This document shows positions 38,703 to 49,159 of a stretch of DNA of 62,572 bases, one piece after another. The stretch lies in NCBI GenBank assembly GCA_964592815.1, contig CAZQGE010000001.1:1-62572 (forward strand), read 5' to 3'. The position numbers and the translations under genes are program-made. The notes below the pieces were generated by a model, which was not told where the DNA came from, searched no databases, and saw nothing but the letters and a program-made list of their open reading frames with translations. Each line of letters begins with the position of its first letter. Positions within the stretch are counted from its first letter, which is position 1. The DNA is from an uncultured Bacteroidaceae bacterium (GTDB lineage: Bacteria; Bacillota; Clostridia; Christensenellales; CAG-917).

Positions 38703-41144
38703 TTATTCACGCACTTTTAGCTTATAACCGCGCTTGAAATTCATAATCAACGGAGTAAGCGAATAAGCAAGCATCATCGCAAGTCCAACCAAAGATACTA
38801 CCGTAGCGTTATACATAAATTCAAAATACAAGTCGAATAATCTAAGCGCATTGATAAGCGAAAAAGTCAACAGCGGAGATACCGCAAAAGCAACGATGTA
38901 TGCAATCAATGCAAGCAAAGTATGCTCCAACAACTCTGAACATAGCAAACTGTTTTTAGACATACCCGACGACAGCAGTGCGCGACGCTGACGCGATGAC
39001 GCCGTACGACTTACCACAATGCTTGCCAAAAGCGCAATGAATATAAGAGCTGTAATCACGCCAGCAAGCGTTCCAACCAAGTCAAACACGGCTTCCGTTG
39101 ATTGGTCAGACCATTTGTATGCGTCAAGCGCCGTCAAGCAAAAATAGTTTTTTTCTGCAAATTTAGTTTTCAAAAGTCCAACAGTTTTTTCAATTTTTTG
39201 GTTTGTTTTAACAATAACGCAATCAATGTCCAAATCAAATGCGCCCTTCAAAACATTCTCTGAAACAATAATGTATTGTCCGCTGAAAATAACTTGCGAT
39301 ACAAATCCCCCAATCGTAAATGTAGCATTTTTGTTTCCTATTGAAAGATTGAGGCTGTCGCCGACTTTAAGTTCATATAATTCAGCAAACGACTTATCCA
39401 AAATCAATTTGTTGTCGTCAGCCGTTTCATAATTGGGCTTTTTTAATATTGAAGTAATTTCTTCTTTGTCCGTAACGTATTTGAAATTGAAAATATCCGT
39501 TGCATCTTTTGTGCCTATTATGCTTACAGCTTTGTTTTTCGCACCAAAGCGCAACTCTCCGTTTCTCCAAATAGCCGCCGAGGCTTTTTCAACGCCTTCA
39601 ACAGCGGCGACCTCACCCAAGTCGATTGTTGACGGAATATTTGTCAAAAATATCAAATCTGCCATCTCAGATTTATAACCGCCAAAAACGGAAGTGGAAA
39701 CAGACCATGCCATAAACAAAATCATACTTACCGTCATACCAACCGTCATCAAAGAAACAGTTTTTCCGTTACGCTTTTCTTTAAGCAAATTGTTTGATGC
39801 GATTTTAAGTGGCGCAATCTCAATTTTTTTTGTCAATGCAGATACTCCGCGTAAAACGTAAGGCACGCTTAGTCCAACCGCAAGCAAAACAAGCAGAATA
39901 TTGACAACTGAAATATATCCTATCAAAGCAGGTACGCAAAATTCTAGTGAAACGGTAATAATAACTAAGCAACAAATTACACAAGGCAAAACGTAATCAA
40001 AAACAGATTTTTTTTCAATTTGCATCAAATTTTCTTTTACGCTTGACTTAAACGCGCGATTGAGTGGAATAAGCGACGATAAAAATGCAACAAGTGCGCC
40101 TATGACCGCCGCCAAAAAAAGATATAATGCAGATATATTGAAAGTTACACCTTTTGAAAGCACAAGTTTTACAAGTCCATAAAAAACGCCACACGCCAAC
40201 GCGCTTCCTATTATTGCACCTATAAATGCCAAAATTGTGTTTTCAACTGCAAAAACATTAAAAACTTGGCCTTTTTTTGCGCCGATAATTGATAACTTTG
40301 ACGCATAAGCTCTTTTTTCTTTTTCTGACAAAACAAAAAGGACGTATATAAACGTAATACCCAAAAAAGCTACCGCGCCACCCGCTATGGCAATAGGCGC
40401 AGACAAACTTTCAGCAAGCTGACTAATTTTGCCTTCTTCAACTGCAACTGCAACTTTTTTGTCGGCGTATTCAGGAATTGCAGAGATGTCAGCAATAGCC
40501 TTTTCAACGCTTGTATTTTCGTTAAGTTTAATGTAAATTTCATTGTAAAAAACTGCGCCCGTCGAAATCAATCTTGAAATACCACCTTCGCTAATTCCGA
40601 TGAACGTATAAGGTGACTCTGTAACAAAATAACCATCGTTTTCTGCAACTACACCTATAACGAAAAACACATTTTTACTGCCAAGTTGCAAATATACTCC
40701 ATCACCAACGTTCAAATTCAAATCTTCCGATGCTGTGCGTGAAATTATAATTCTGTTCGTGTTGTTTTTGACTTGACTTATATCGCCTTTATAGACGTTT
40801 ATTGAATTGAGTTTGTCTATTTGCTCTTTTTCTAGTCCCCTAACCCTAACGTATTCATTATTGTGTGTGGCAAACAGCGAAAGAGTCGGATAAATTTCCT
40901 TAACGCCTTGTACACTTTTTAATGGTTCAATGTTTAGAATTCTGTCGCTCTTACTATCGTAAGTTACAAATATATCTGTATTGCCACTTTCAGAAATTTC
41001 TTGCGCATATATAAAATCATAAACGGCGGACTTGAATGAAAGCATTGAAAAAAACATTGCAACGGCAATGGCAATGGCAAGAATTATTGACATTGAACGC
41101 ATAGGTTTTTTTATTAAGTTTCTAAATGCGAGTTTTATTGCCAT
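38703..41144 (-). CDS. ABC transporter permease, double FtsX/MacB-type
   Basis: 813 aa. Begins MAIKLAFRNLIKKPMRSMSIILAIAIAV (typical FtsX N-terminus). Two extracytoplasmic domains, each followed by a 3-TM FtsX module. Confidence 0.85.
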   Translation of the reverse strand: MAIKLAFRNLIKKPMRSMSIILAIAIAVAMFFSMLSFKSAVYDFIYAQEISESGNTDIFVTYDSKSDRILNIEPLKSVQGVKEIYPTLSLFATHNNEYVRVRGLEKEQIDKLNSINVYKGDISQVKNNTNRIIISRTASEDLNLNVGDGVYLQLGSKNVFFVIGVVAENDGYFVTESPYTFIGISEGGISRLISTGAVFYNEIYIKLNENTSVEKAIADISAIPEYADKKVAVAVEEGKISQLAESLSAPIAIAGGAVAFLGITFIYVLFVLSEKEKRAYASKLSIIGAKKGQVFNVFAVENTILAFIGAIIGSALACGVFYGLVKLVLSKGVTFNISALYLFLAAVIGALVAFLSSLIPLNRAFKSSVKENLMQIEKKSVFDYVLPCVICCLVIITVSLEFCVPALIGYISVVNILLVLLAVGLSVPYVLRGVSALTKKIEIAPLKIASNNLLKEKRNGKTVSLMTVGMTVSMILFMAWSVSTSVFGGYKSEMADLIFLTNIPSTIDLGEVAAVEGVEKASAAIWRNGELRFGAKNKAVSIIGTKDATDIFNFKYVTDKEEITSILKKPNYETADDNKLILDKSFAELYELKVGDSLNLSIGNKNATFTIGGFVSQVIFSGQYIIVSENVLKGAFDLDIDCVIVKTNQKIEKTVGLLKTKFAEKNYFCLTALDAYKWSDQSTEAVFDLVGTLAGVITALIFIALLASIVVSRTASSRQRRALLSSGMSKNSLLCSELLEHTLLALIAYIVAFAVSPLLTFSLINALRLFDLYFEFMYNATVVSLVGLAMMLAYSLTPLIMNFKRGYKLKVRE

Positions 41145-41151
41145 AATTTAC

Positions 41152-41847
41152 TTATTCATCAAAACTGTCAAGAGCAACAATTCTTCCGTCTTCAACCGTA
41201 ATAATTCGGCTAGCATATTTTGAGTGTGCAACAGAGTGAGTTACCATAATCAAAGCAACGCTTCTTGTTTGGTTTATATCTTTCAAGAGTTCCATAACTT
41301 GGCGTCCCCTTTCTTTATCCAAACTTCCAGTTGGTTCGTCTAAAAAAATAACTTTAGGGTCAGTCACAAGTGCGCGAGCTATTGCAACGCGTTGTTGTTC
41401 ACCACCACTCATTTCTTTTGGATAATTTTTAAGTCTGTGCTCAATTCCCAAATATTCGCAAATTTCCATAACTTTATCGTTATATTCTGACGGCTTGTTT
41501 TTGTTTAACAACAATGGAAGGGTAATATTTTCATAGGCTGTCAGATTTTCAACCAAATTATCAAATTGATAAACAAAAGAAAAATCTTTTCTGCGCATTT
41601 GAGCAATTTCATCGTCTTTTAGCGTTTGCAAATTTTTATCCAAAAGCAAAACCTCGCCTTCCGTAGGCTTGTCGATACCTGCAAGGATATAAAGCAAGGT
41701 AGATTTACCAGAGCCGGACTCGCCGACAATGGCGACAAACTCACCTTCTGCAACTTCTAAGTCAATACCTTTAAGAACCTCAGTTTTAAGTTCGCCCGTC
41801 GTATAGCTCTTTTTAACATTTTCTGCTTTGACAACGATATTTTTCAT
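41152..41847 (-). CDS. ABC transporter ATP-binding protein (MacB/LolD-like)
   Basis: Walker [10 protein letters not shown], signature [15 protein letters not shown], Walker [12 protein letters not shown]. Start taken at ATG 41847 (GAGGTG RBS). The TTG at 41892 is less likely. Confidence 0.9.
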   Translation of the reverse strand: MKNIVVKAENVKKSYTTGELKTEVLKGIDLEVAEGEFVAIVGESGSGKSTLLYILAGIDKPTEGEVLLLDKNLQTLKDDEIAQMRRKDFSFVYQFDNLVENLTAYENITLPLLLNKNKPSEYNDKVMEICEYLGIEHRLKNYPKEMSGGEQQRVAIARALVTDPKVIFLDEPTGSLDKERGRQVMELLKDINQTRSVALIMVTHSVAHSKYASRIITVEDGRIVALDSFDE

Positions 41848-41906
41848 ACGCACCTCATTTTTTATATTATCATAAAAACCTTTTTCACTCAATACTTAGT
41901 TAACAT

Positions 41907-41935
41907 TTGCAAACAAATTAACTGAATGTTATAAT
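41907..41935 (+). promoter_or_regulatory. Near-consensus extended -10 promoter directly abutting the queH ATG
   Basis: TTGCAA (41907-41912), 17 nt (ending in TGt), TATAAT (41930-41935). Only 6 nt separate the -10 from ATG 41942 and there is no SD. Confidence 0.45.
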
Positions 41936-41941
41936 TGTTTT

Positions 41942-42640
41942 ATGGAAAACAATCAAAACAATTTTACAACTTCCAAAAATAAATTGATTTCTGATTTAAT
42001 AAAATCCGAAAGTGATTGCACTTTCAAAAAAAGCGAACTCAACTTAACAAACGGAGAAGATATTGAAAAGGTCATTGCTGACATTTCAAGGCAAATCGTA
42101 AAACCTAAGTTGCTTTTGCACGTCTGTTGCGCACCTTGTTTTGCAGGCATTATTGAACGACTTAGTGCATCTTTTGATATAACTGCTTTTTTTTATAACC
42201 CAAATATTCTTCCAAACACAGAGTTTAACTTGCGTTTTCATACGCTTAAAGTCTTACTTGCGCATTTTCCCCAAATAAAATTGACATGTCCCGAACAACA
42301 CTCAAATGAGTTTTTGGATTTTGTTAAAGGGCTTGAAACGTTGCCCGAGGGCGCAGAACGTTGCAACAAATGTTTTCAATTACGCCTTCAAAAAACGGCA
42401 GAATTTTTAAGCAACCATAAAGATGAATATGATTGCTTTGCAACAACCCTCACAATTTCACCTCATAAAAATGCAGTTTTAATAAATAAAATCGGCAGCG
42501 AATGCGCGGAAAAACTCGACGTTGTTTACCTTAATTCAGATTTTAAGAAAAAAGATGGATTTCTAAATTCAATCAAGTTTAGCAAACAATTAGGTTTATA
42601 TCGCCAAAATTACTGCGGTTGTGGGTTCTCAAACGACTAG
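41942..42640 (+). CDS. queH: Epoxyqueuosine reductase QueH (DUF208)
   Basis: 232 aa. LLLHVCCAPCF near the N-terminus and C-terminal YRQNYCGCGFS are QueH hallmarks. Confidence 0.85.
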   Translation: MENNQNNFTTSKNKLISDLIKSESDCTFKKSELNLTNGEDIEKVIADISRQIVKPKLLLHVCCAPCFAGIIERLSASFDITAFFYNPNILPNTEFNLRFHTLKVLLAHFPQIKLTCPEQHSNEFLDFVKGLETLPEGAERCNKCFQLRLQKTAEFLSNHKDEYDCFATTLTISPHKNAVLINKIGSECAEKLDVVYLNSDFKKKDGFLNSIKFSKQLGLYRQNYCGCGFSND

Positions 42641-42728
42641 CAGTTTATTAGTTTCTTTCAAGCAGTTTATTAGTTTCTTTCAAGCAGTTTATTAGTTTCT
42701 TTCAAGTTTATTATAAGTTTCTTTCAAG
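42641..42728. repeat. 22-bp tandem repeat: 3 perfect copies plus 1 degenerate copy
   Basis: cagtttattagtttctttcaag at 42641, 42663 and 42685. Then tttattataagtttctttcaag at 42707-42728. Starts at the base immediately after the queH stop codon. Confidence 0.9.
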
Positions 42729-42872
42729 TTTATTTGTTTTGCTGTTCCATATTATTTTGTTTATATAATTACAAATTTTTCTAATTAAGAAACTCTTAAA
42801 AATATAACTCAACAATATCTTTTAACAAATATGCTTTACAAAATTTATTTATCCATTTTAGATTTCATAACT

Positions 42873-42901
42873 CTAAAAAATAACCACCGATTTCTCGGTG
42901 G
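42873..42901 (-). terminator. Rho-independent terminator of the V-ATPase operon
   Basis: ccaccga / tttc / tcggtgg. On the minus strand it is followed by TTATTTTTT. Confidence 0.7.
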
Positions 42902-42912
42902 CCATTTTTCCC

Positions 42913-43548
42913 TTATATATCTTCCCTCTTATCTATCATAGATTTCACTTTCATAAGTCTTATTGTCGCGCTTCTCTCATTTTCATCAAGTTTCATTGTA
43001 ATGTACTTGATGGTTTCAATCAACTGCGGTATCATAACATACTCTAAGGCATTGACACGCCTGCGGTTCTTTTCAATTTCGTCTGCAAGCATATTGCAAG
43101 TTTTTTCAACTTCGGCAAGTTTCAACAGTTTTGGCAAAAGTGTTGTCAAAGACGCTATTGACATATCCAATTCCGACGTTACGCTGGCAAATGAATATGG
43201 ATACAATTCCTTGACTTCACTGCTTATGTCAAAGACAGGAACGTTTACACTCATAACGTTCTTTTCGGACGTTTCAAGGTTCACCTTAACACCTGGCATA
43301 GATATTGCCTCTTCGATTACTGCGTCACTTGAAACGGCTCTTGCAAGCATAAATGACTTCATCGCATTGGCAAGTTCTTGCTCAACTTGGTCGCGCAAAC
43401 GCTTGTTCTCTCTTATATAAAGCATAAACTGACGAACCATTTCATCTGATTTATCCTTCAATAATTTGTGTCCCCTAGTTGCAGTTTTAAGACGTGTTTT
43501 AAGACGTCTTAATTCCATTCTTGTAGGGTTAACATTCAATTTCGCCAT
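42913..43548 (-). CDS. ntpD: V-type ATPase subunit D
   Basis: 211 aa. [33 protein letters not shown] is a typical subunit D N-terminus. Confidence 0.9.
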   Translation of the reverse strand: MAKLNVNPTRMELRRLKTRLKTATRGHKLLKDKSDEMVRQFMLYIRENKRLRDQVEQELANAMKSFMLARAVSSDAVIEEAISMPGVKVNLETSEKNVMSVNVPVFDISSEVKELYPYSFASVTSELDMSIASLTTLLPKLLKLAEVEKTCNMLADEIEKNRRRVNALEYVMIPQLIETIKYITMKLDENERSATIRLMKVKSMIDKREDI

Positions 43549-43560
43549 ATATTACCTTAA

Positions 43561-44937
43561 CTATTTGCTTTGCTTGAAATATTTTTCAAGATATTCTTCT
43601 CTGATACGCTTCAACTCTGCCTTAGGCAAAAGTGACAACAAGTCCCAACCCAAATTCAATGTGTCGATAATAGAGCGGTTGGTGTAAAAGCCTTGCGATA
43701 CATATCTCTTTTCAAATTCGTCAGCAAATCTTGCAAATTTTTTGTCAACTTCGCTCAATGCAGCTTCACCCAAAATTGAACTCAATTCTTTGGCTTCTTT
43801 TCCTTGTGCGTAAGCGCTAAAAAGTTGGTTCATTGTGTCTGCGTGGTCTTCTCTTGTTTTTCCTTTTCCAATGCCCTTATCTTTAAGACGTGACAATGAC
43901 GGCAAAACGTCAATAGGCGGAACAAGACCTTTTTTGTAAAGTTCACGCGATAATATTATCTGCCCTTCCGTGATATAACCAGTAAGGTCTGGAATAGGGT
44001 GAGTTTTGTCGTCTTCTGGCATTGTAAGAATTGGAATTTGAGTTATTGAACCTTTCTTTCCAACAATTCTTCCTGCGCGTTCATACATAGTTGCAAGGTC
44101 TGTGTAGAGATAACCAGGGTATCCACGACGACCTGGAACTTCTTTTCGGGCGGCTGAAACCTCACGTAAAGCCTCTGCATAGTTTGTAATGTCCGTTGTG
44201 ATTACCAAAACGTGCATATCCTTTTCATAAGCCAAATACTCTGCTGCCGTAAGTGCCATACGCGGTGTAGAAATACGTTCAACAGCGGGGTCGTTTGCGA
44301 GGTTGATAAACATAACAGCACGCTCAATTGCGCCTGTTTTTCTGAAATCTGAAATAAAGAAGTCGGCTTCTTCAAACGTAATTCCAACCGCTGCAAAAAC
44401 AACGGCAAATTTTGCGTCCGAACCGATAACCTTAGCTTGTCTTGCAATCTGTGCAGCAAGTTCAGCGTGGGGCAATCCTGATGCTGAAAAAACAGGCAAT
44501 TTTTGTCCTCTAACAAGGGTATTAAGCCCGTCGATTGCACTTACTCCTGTTTGTATAAACTCATTAGGATAATCTCTGGCAACGGGGTTTATCGGTTGTC
44601 CGTTGATGTCAAGTTTCATTTCGGGAATTATTGGCGCGCCACCATCACGCGGACGTCCCATACCGTCGAAAACTCTGCCAAGCATTTCTTCGGATACGGC
44701 AAGTTCAATGCTTTTTCCTAAGAAGCGAGCTTTTGAAGTTGCCATTTTTATGCCTTGTGACGGTTCAAACAACTGCACCAATGCCTTATCACGGTTAATT
44801 TCCAAAACTTTACCGCTTCTAATTTCGCCGTTTTCTTGGCGGATTTCAACAAGTTCGTCAAACTTTACACCTTCAACGCCTTCAACAAGCATCAAAGGTC
44901 CGACAATCTCTCTTATGGTTTTATATTCCTTTAACAT
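43561..44937 (-). CDS. ntpB: V-type ATPase subunit B
   Basis: 458 aa. Non-catalytic nucleotide-binding fold ([14 protein letters not shown]), with [15 protein letters not shown]. Confidence 0.93.
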   Translation of the reverse strand: MLKEYKTIREIVGPLMLVEGVEGVKFDELVEIRQENGEIRSGKVLEINRDKALVQLFEPSQGIKMATSKARFLGKSIELAVSEEMLGRVFDGMGRPRDGGAPIIPEMKLDINGQPINPVARDYPNEFIQTGVSAIDGLNTLVRGQKLPVFSASGLPHAELAAQIARQAKVIGSDAKFAVVFAAVGITFEEADFFISDFRKTGAIERAVMFINLANDPAVERISTPRMALTAAEYLAYEKDMHVLVITTDITNYAEALREVSAARKEVPGRRGYPGYLYTDLATMYERAGRIVGKKGSITQIPILTMPEDDKTHPIPDLTGYITEGQIILSRELYKKGLVPPIDVLPSLSRLKDKGIGKGKTREDHADTMNQLFSAYAQGKEAKELSSILGEAALSEVDKKFARFADEFEKRYVSQGFYTNRSIIDTLNLGWDLLSLLPKAELKRIREEYLEKYFKQSK

Positions 44938-46700
44938 TAAATGCCTCCTTCGCTGGAAAGCGCAAGAATTTCTTTCTTGATTTCCTGGGCAAGCTCGTCA
45001 AATTTATCAAGTTGGTCCTCACCGATATATTTAGCTCTGCCTATTTTTTCTCTGACTGGAACTTCCAATATATCTTCTATATCCACGTTTTTATCAAGTG
45101 CATCGTTGGCAAAACGGTGGAATTCGTGAACAACTTTAAGCAAGCATTGTTGCTTTTTAAGCGAAGCGTAAGTATCCGTTTCGTGGAAAGCGTTTTGTTG
45201 TAAATAGTCTTCTCTCAAAGACTTAGCCGTTTCCATTGTAAGGCGGTCTTTTGGTGACAAAGCATCCATACCTACAAGACGTACAATTTCGTTAAGTTGC
45301 GCTTCTTCTTGCAAAATTTTCATTGTTTCTGTGCGCAGCGGTATCCATTCATCACCAAGGTTTTCGGAATACCAATCGGCAAGACGGTCCGCATAAAGCG
45401 AGTAACTTGTAATCCAATCGATGGCTGGGAAATGTCGTCTGTATGCGAGTGATGCGCTAAGCCCCCAAAACACTTTGACAATACGCAATGTAGCTTGTGA
45501 AACAGGCTCAGACAAGTCACCACCAGGAGGTGAAACAGCTCCAATGGCGGTAATTGAACCAATGGTGTCGGGTTGTCCTAATACCTTAACCATACCCGCT
45601 CTTTCATAGAATTCGGCAAGACGTGAACTTAGATATGCGGGATAACCTTCTTCACCAGGCATTTCTTCAAGACGTCCACTCATTTCACGCAGAGCTTCTG
45701 CCCAACGTGAAGTTGAGTCAGCCATAATAGCAACATTATAACCCATATCACGGAAATATTCAGCAATGGTAATACCTGTATAAATTGACGCTTCACGCGC
45801 TGCAACAGGCATATCCGACGTGTTCGCAATAAGCACGGTTCTTTTCATAAGCGGTTGACCGCTTCTCGGGTCTGTAAGTTCAGGGAACTCATTCAAAACG
45901 TCTGTCATTTCATTGCCACGTTCACCGCAACCGATATACACAACAATATCCGCGTCAGCCCACTTGGCAAGTTGGTGTTGAACAACTGTTTTTCCACTTC
46001 CGAAAGGCCCTGGAATTGCAGCAACACCACCCTTTGCAATCGGGAACAAAGTATCTATGACTCTTTGACCTGAAACCAACGGAGCTTTTGGAGCAAGTTT
46101 TTCTTTGTACGGTCTGCCCTTTCTAACTGGCCATTTTTGAAGCATACAAACTTCTTTATCACCGCTTTGAGTTGCAATAACCGCAACAGTTTCTTCTATG
46201 TTGAAACTGCCTTTTTTTATTTCCTTTACTGTGCCTTCAACTCCGTAGGGCACCATAATTTTATGCAAAATTAAGACGTTTTCTTGGACAGTTCCAAGAA
46301 CAGCACCCACTCCGACTTTATCTCCGACCTTAACAGTCGGCGTAAAATCCCACTTCTTTTCGTGGTCGATTGCAGAGACGTATACACCACGGGCAATTCT
46401 GTCACCAGCAACTTGTTTAAGTCTGAGCAGAGGTCTTTGAATACCGTCGAAAATGCTTTCTATAAGTCCAGGAGCAAGTTCAACAGACAACGCTGCGCCC
46501 GTAGAATAAACGTTTTCACCAGGTCCTAAACCGCTTGTTTCTTCATAAACCTGAATGGAGGCTTTGTCTCCACGCAATTCGATAATTTCACCGATAAGTT
46601 GTTTGTCGCTTACTCTAACAACGTCGAACATTTTGCTGTCCGCCATATTCTCGGCAACAATCAACGGTCCAGATACCTTAACAATTTTTCCTGTTTCCAT
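44937..46700 (-). CDS. ntpA: V-type ATPase catalytic subunit A
   Basis: 587 aa. Walker [27 protein letters not shown]. Confidence 0.95.
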   Translation of the reverse strand: METGKIVKVSGPLIVAENMADSKMFDVVRVSDKQLIGEIIELRGDKASIQVYEETSGLGPGENVYSTGAALSVELAPGLIESIFDGIQRPLLRLKQVAGDRIARGVYVSAIDHEKKWDFTPTVKVGDKVGVGAVLGTVQENVLILHKIMVPYGVEGTVKEIKKGSFNIEETVAVIATQSGDKEVCMLQKWPVRKGRPYKEKLAPKAPLVSGQRVIDTLFPIAKGGVAAIPGPFGSGKTVVQHQLAKWADADIVVYIGCGERGNEMTDVLNEFPELTDPRSGQPLMKRTVLIANTSDMPVAAREASIYTGITIAEYFRDMGYNVAIMADSTSRWAEALREMSGRLEEMPGEEGYPAYLSSRLAEFYERAGMVKVLGQPDTIGSITAIGAVSPPGGDLSEPVSQATLRIVKVFWGLSASLAYRRHFPAIDWITSYSLYADRLADWYSENLGDEWIPLRTETMKILQEEAQLNEIVRLVGMDALSPKDRLTMETAKSLREDYLQQNAFHETDTYASLKKQQCLLKVVHEFHRFANDALDKNVDIEDILEVPVREKIGRAKYIGEDQLDKFDELAQEIKKEILALSSEGGI

Positions 46701-47035
46701 TAGTTATCCTCTTTACTGAATAATATATCTGCGCCAATAGCCTTTTCCACGTCGCTACGAATTCCTTTCATACCAAAGCCCAAATTGCCTTCGGCAGACG
46801 GAATAGGAACAACAACAGGATATGGTCGCGCCTTATATCGATTTAGAAGCGAATCTATTTCAATCGCTATTTGTTCGGTGATAAATATAACGCTGTAAGT
46901 TCTCGCCAGCAGTTTGACTTTTTCGCGTGCTTCCATTTCTCCCGTCACAGGGAAAACGTCAAGCCCTATAGCCTTAAAAGCCAAAACTGAGTCTTTATCT
47001 CCGACAACCGCAATACCGTTACGCATAAATATCAC
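46700..47035 (-). CDS. ntpG: V-type ATPase subunit F (NtpG in E. hirae nomenclature)
   Basis: About 108-111 aa. [24 protein letters not shown]. Start is ambiguous between GTG 47035 and ATG 47026. Confidence 0.85.
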   Translation of the reverse strand: MIFMRNGIAVVGDKDSVLAFKAIGLDVFPVTGEMEAREKVKLLARTYSVIFITEQIAIEIDSLLNRYKARPYPVVVPIPSAEGNLGFGMKGIRSDVEKAIGADILFSKEDN

Positions 47036-47993
47036 GCATCCTTTCTCTTATAATTTCAGGAGCTACCTTATTTTTTACACCTGCCACAATCAATTTTAAC
47101 ACCTTGATTTCAGTAGTTTTTGACAAATAAAACGACACAATAGGTGCAACAGAGAACATATCTCCGCTTTCGTCTTTCCACATTTTCAAGAGTTGATTGT
47201 CCATATCGACTTCCATAGCCACAATATTGCCACCTTCAACAGTTTTTGATACAACTGCTTTGTAGTCAGTAAATCTGCATTTTTCTTTGAACGCTTCAAG
47301 CGGACTGTCATAAACTTCCGTGAAAAATTTTAATTGAATGCTTCCGCCCTCAATAAACCCTTCTTCAAAGAACTTGTCGTCAAGCCCCAACTTTTTAGAG
47401 CGCAAAAAACTTGCAATGTTAATAAAGTCGATTTTTTCAACGAAATATTTTTTTGTGAGTGCGCTTTGTTTTTTAACTTTTGAAAGTATATCTGCATACA
47501 TCGCCTTATCAGCCAACGTATCAATAGTGTGCGGTGTAATTTTGTCTTCCAAAATCAGTTTTTCAACGGTTTTAATAACCGTTTGCATAAATACAGGCAA
47601 ATCAGAAATTTTATTTTCTTTGACCGCAACCTTCAAGTTATCTTTGTCAATAAGTCCGTCTGCAAGCAACACAGGATTTTCGTCCTTTACAATTTCAGCT
47701 TTTATCAATGCCTTCAAGTTATTGTAGTCAGCTTGCAACAAAAACACGTCCAACGCACCGTCAACGTTAAACTCTCTAAGCAAATTCAGGGTTGCTGTTT
47801 CCTCTGCAGAAAACAACAAGTCAAAATCATTTTGAGAAACGTTTATGCCTGCGCCAAACCCCAGTTCCAACAAAATTTTGAAATAATCAGCAACCTCCCC
47901 GCATTCCAAAACTCTTGACAAGTTCTGCGAGGTGAGGAGTTTCGACTCCAAAGATTTTATTCTGGCATTTTGATAGATAAACTTTTCCGACAT
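47019..47993 (-). CDS. ntpC: V-type ATPase subunit C (d-type)
   Basis: 324 aa, helical. Assigned from its position between E and F, and from its size. The ATG overlaps the ntpE stop. Confidence 0.8.
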   Translation of the reverse strand: MSEKFIYQNARIKSLESKLLTSQNLSRVLECGEVADYFKILLELGFGAGINVSQNDFDLLFSAEETATLNLLREFNVDGALDVFLLQADYNNLKALIKAEIVKDENPVLLADGLIDKDNLKVAVKENKISDLPVFMQTVIKTVEKLILEDKITPHTIDTLADKAMYADILSKVKKQSALTKKYFVEKIDFINIASFLRSKKLGLDDKFFEEGFIEGGSIQLKFFTEVYDSPLEAFKEKCRFTDYKAVVSKTVEGGNIVAMEVDMDNQLLKMWKDESGDMFSVAPIVSFYLSKTTEIKVLKLIVAGVKNKVAPEIIRERMRDIYA

Positions 47994-48568
47994 CAGTTAA
48001 GCAATTCCTTTGCGGTTTCCGCCTCAATCAAATCACGTAAAATGGCAATCTCAACTTCCAAAGTCAGGTTTTTATCAACACCACCGCCAGATAAGACGAT
48101 ACCTCCGTCAAAATCTCCCGTCTCTGAATTAAGTTTAAGTTTGATTCCTTTTGCTTTTGCCACTTCGTCAACAACAGCCTTGGTAACAACACCCTTTTCA
48201 CGCTTTGAAACTGTCACAACATCTCCATCTTCGGCAGTATTCAACATTCCCAAAATAAGTTTTTTATAACTTTTTTCAGGTAAATTTTTCAACTTTTCAA
48301 GAGCAAGGTCAAAAGTGCTGTTTACAACTTGTGTTTTTGCTTTCAACAAAAGTTTTTTTGCGTCCAATTCGGCAACAGTTGCGCTTCGTGTTTCAATATC
48401 CTTCTTCAAAGTGTCAATTTCATTTCTTGAATTTTCAAAGTATATCTTACACTTTTCGGCAGCATCGGCAAGAATATCATCTGCCTTCGCATTTGCCTCG
48501 CTCAACATAGCATCAGCCCTAAGTTTGGCGTCCTGTTGAATTTTTTCTAAAATAGCTTCCTTTCCCAT
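47993..48568 (-). CDS. ntpE: V-type ATPase subunit E
   Basis: 191 aa. N-terminal long charged helix (ILEKIQQDAKLRADAMLSEANAKADDIL) and a globular C-terminus. Confidence 0.85.
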   Translation of the reverse strand: MGKEAILEKIQQDAKLRADAMLSEANAKADDILADAAEKCKIYFENSRNEIDTLKKDIETRSATVAELDAKKLLLKAKTQVVNSTFDLALEKLKNLPEKSYKKLILGMLNTAEDGDVVTVSKREKGVVTKAVVDEVAKAKGIKLKLNSETGDFDGGIVLSGGGVDKNLTLEVEIAILRDLIEAETAKELLN

Positions 48569-48578
48569 AGCTTACCGC

Positions 48579-49058
<480 letters not shown>

Positions 49059-49059
49059 C

Positions 49060-49076
49060 TACATACTGCGTATGTA
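49060..49076 (-). promoter_or_regulatory. Intercistronic hairpin abutting the ntpK Shine-Dalgarno
   Basis: mRNA sense: TACATAC-GCA-GTATGTA, immediately followed by GGAGGTTAAT ATG. Lies in the 110-nt ntpI-ntpK spacer. Confidence 0.4.
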
Positions 49077-49159
49077 ATTTGTTTTTTAATTATTTTCTTC
49101 CAAAAATTATACTTAAATATTTTTATTGCGCTTAGTCAAACAAACTAGCATAGTTCGAC

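Noticed and set aside
42641-42728. Considered whether the 22-bp repeats are a miniature CRISPR array.
   Set aside because: The units are directly abutting with no spacers. The repeat is too short and there are no cas genes in the window.
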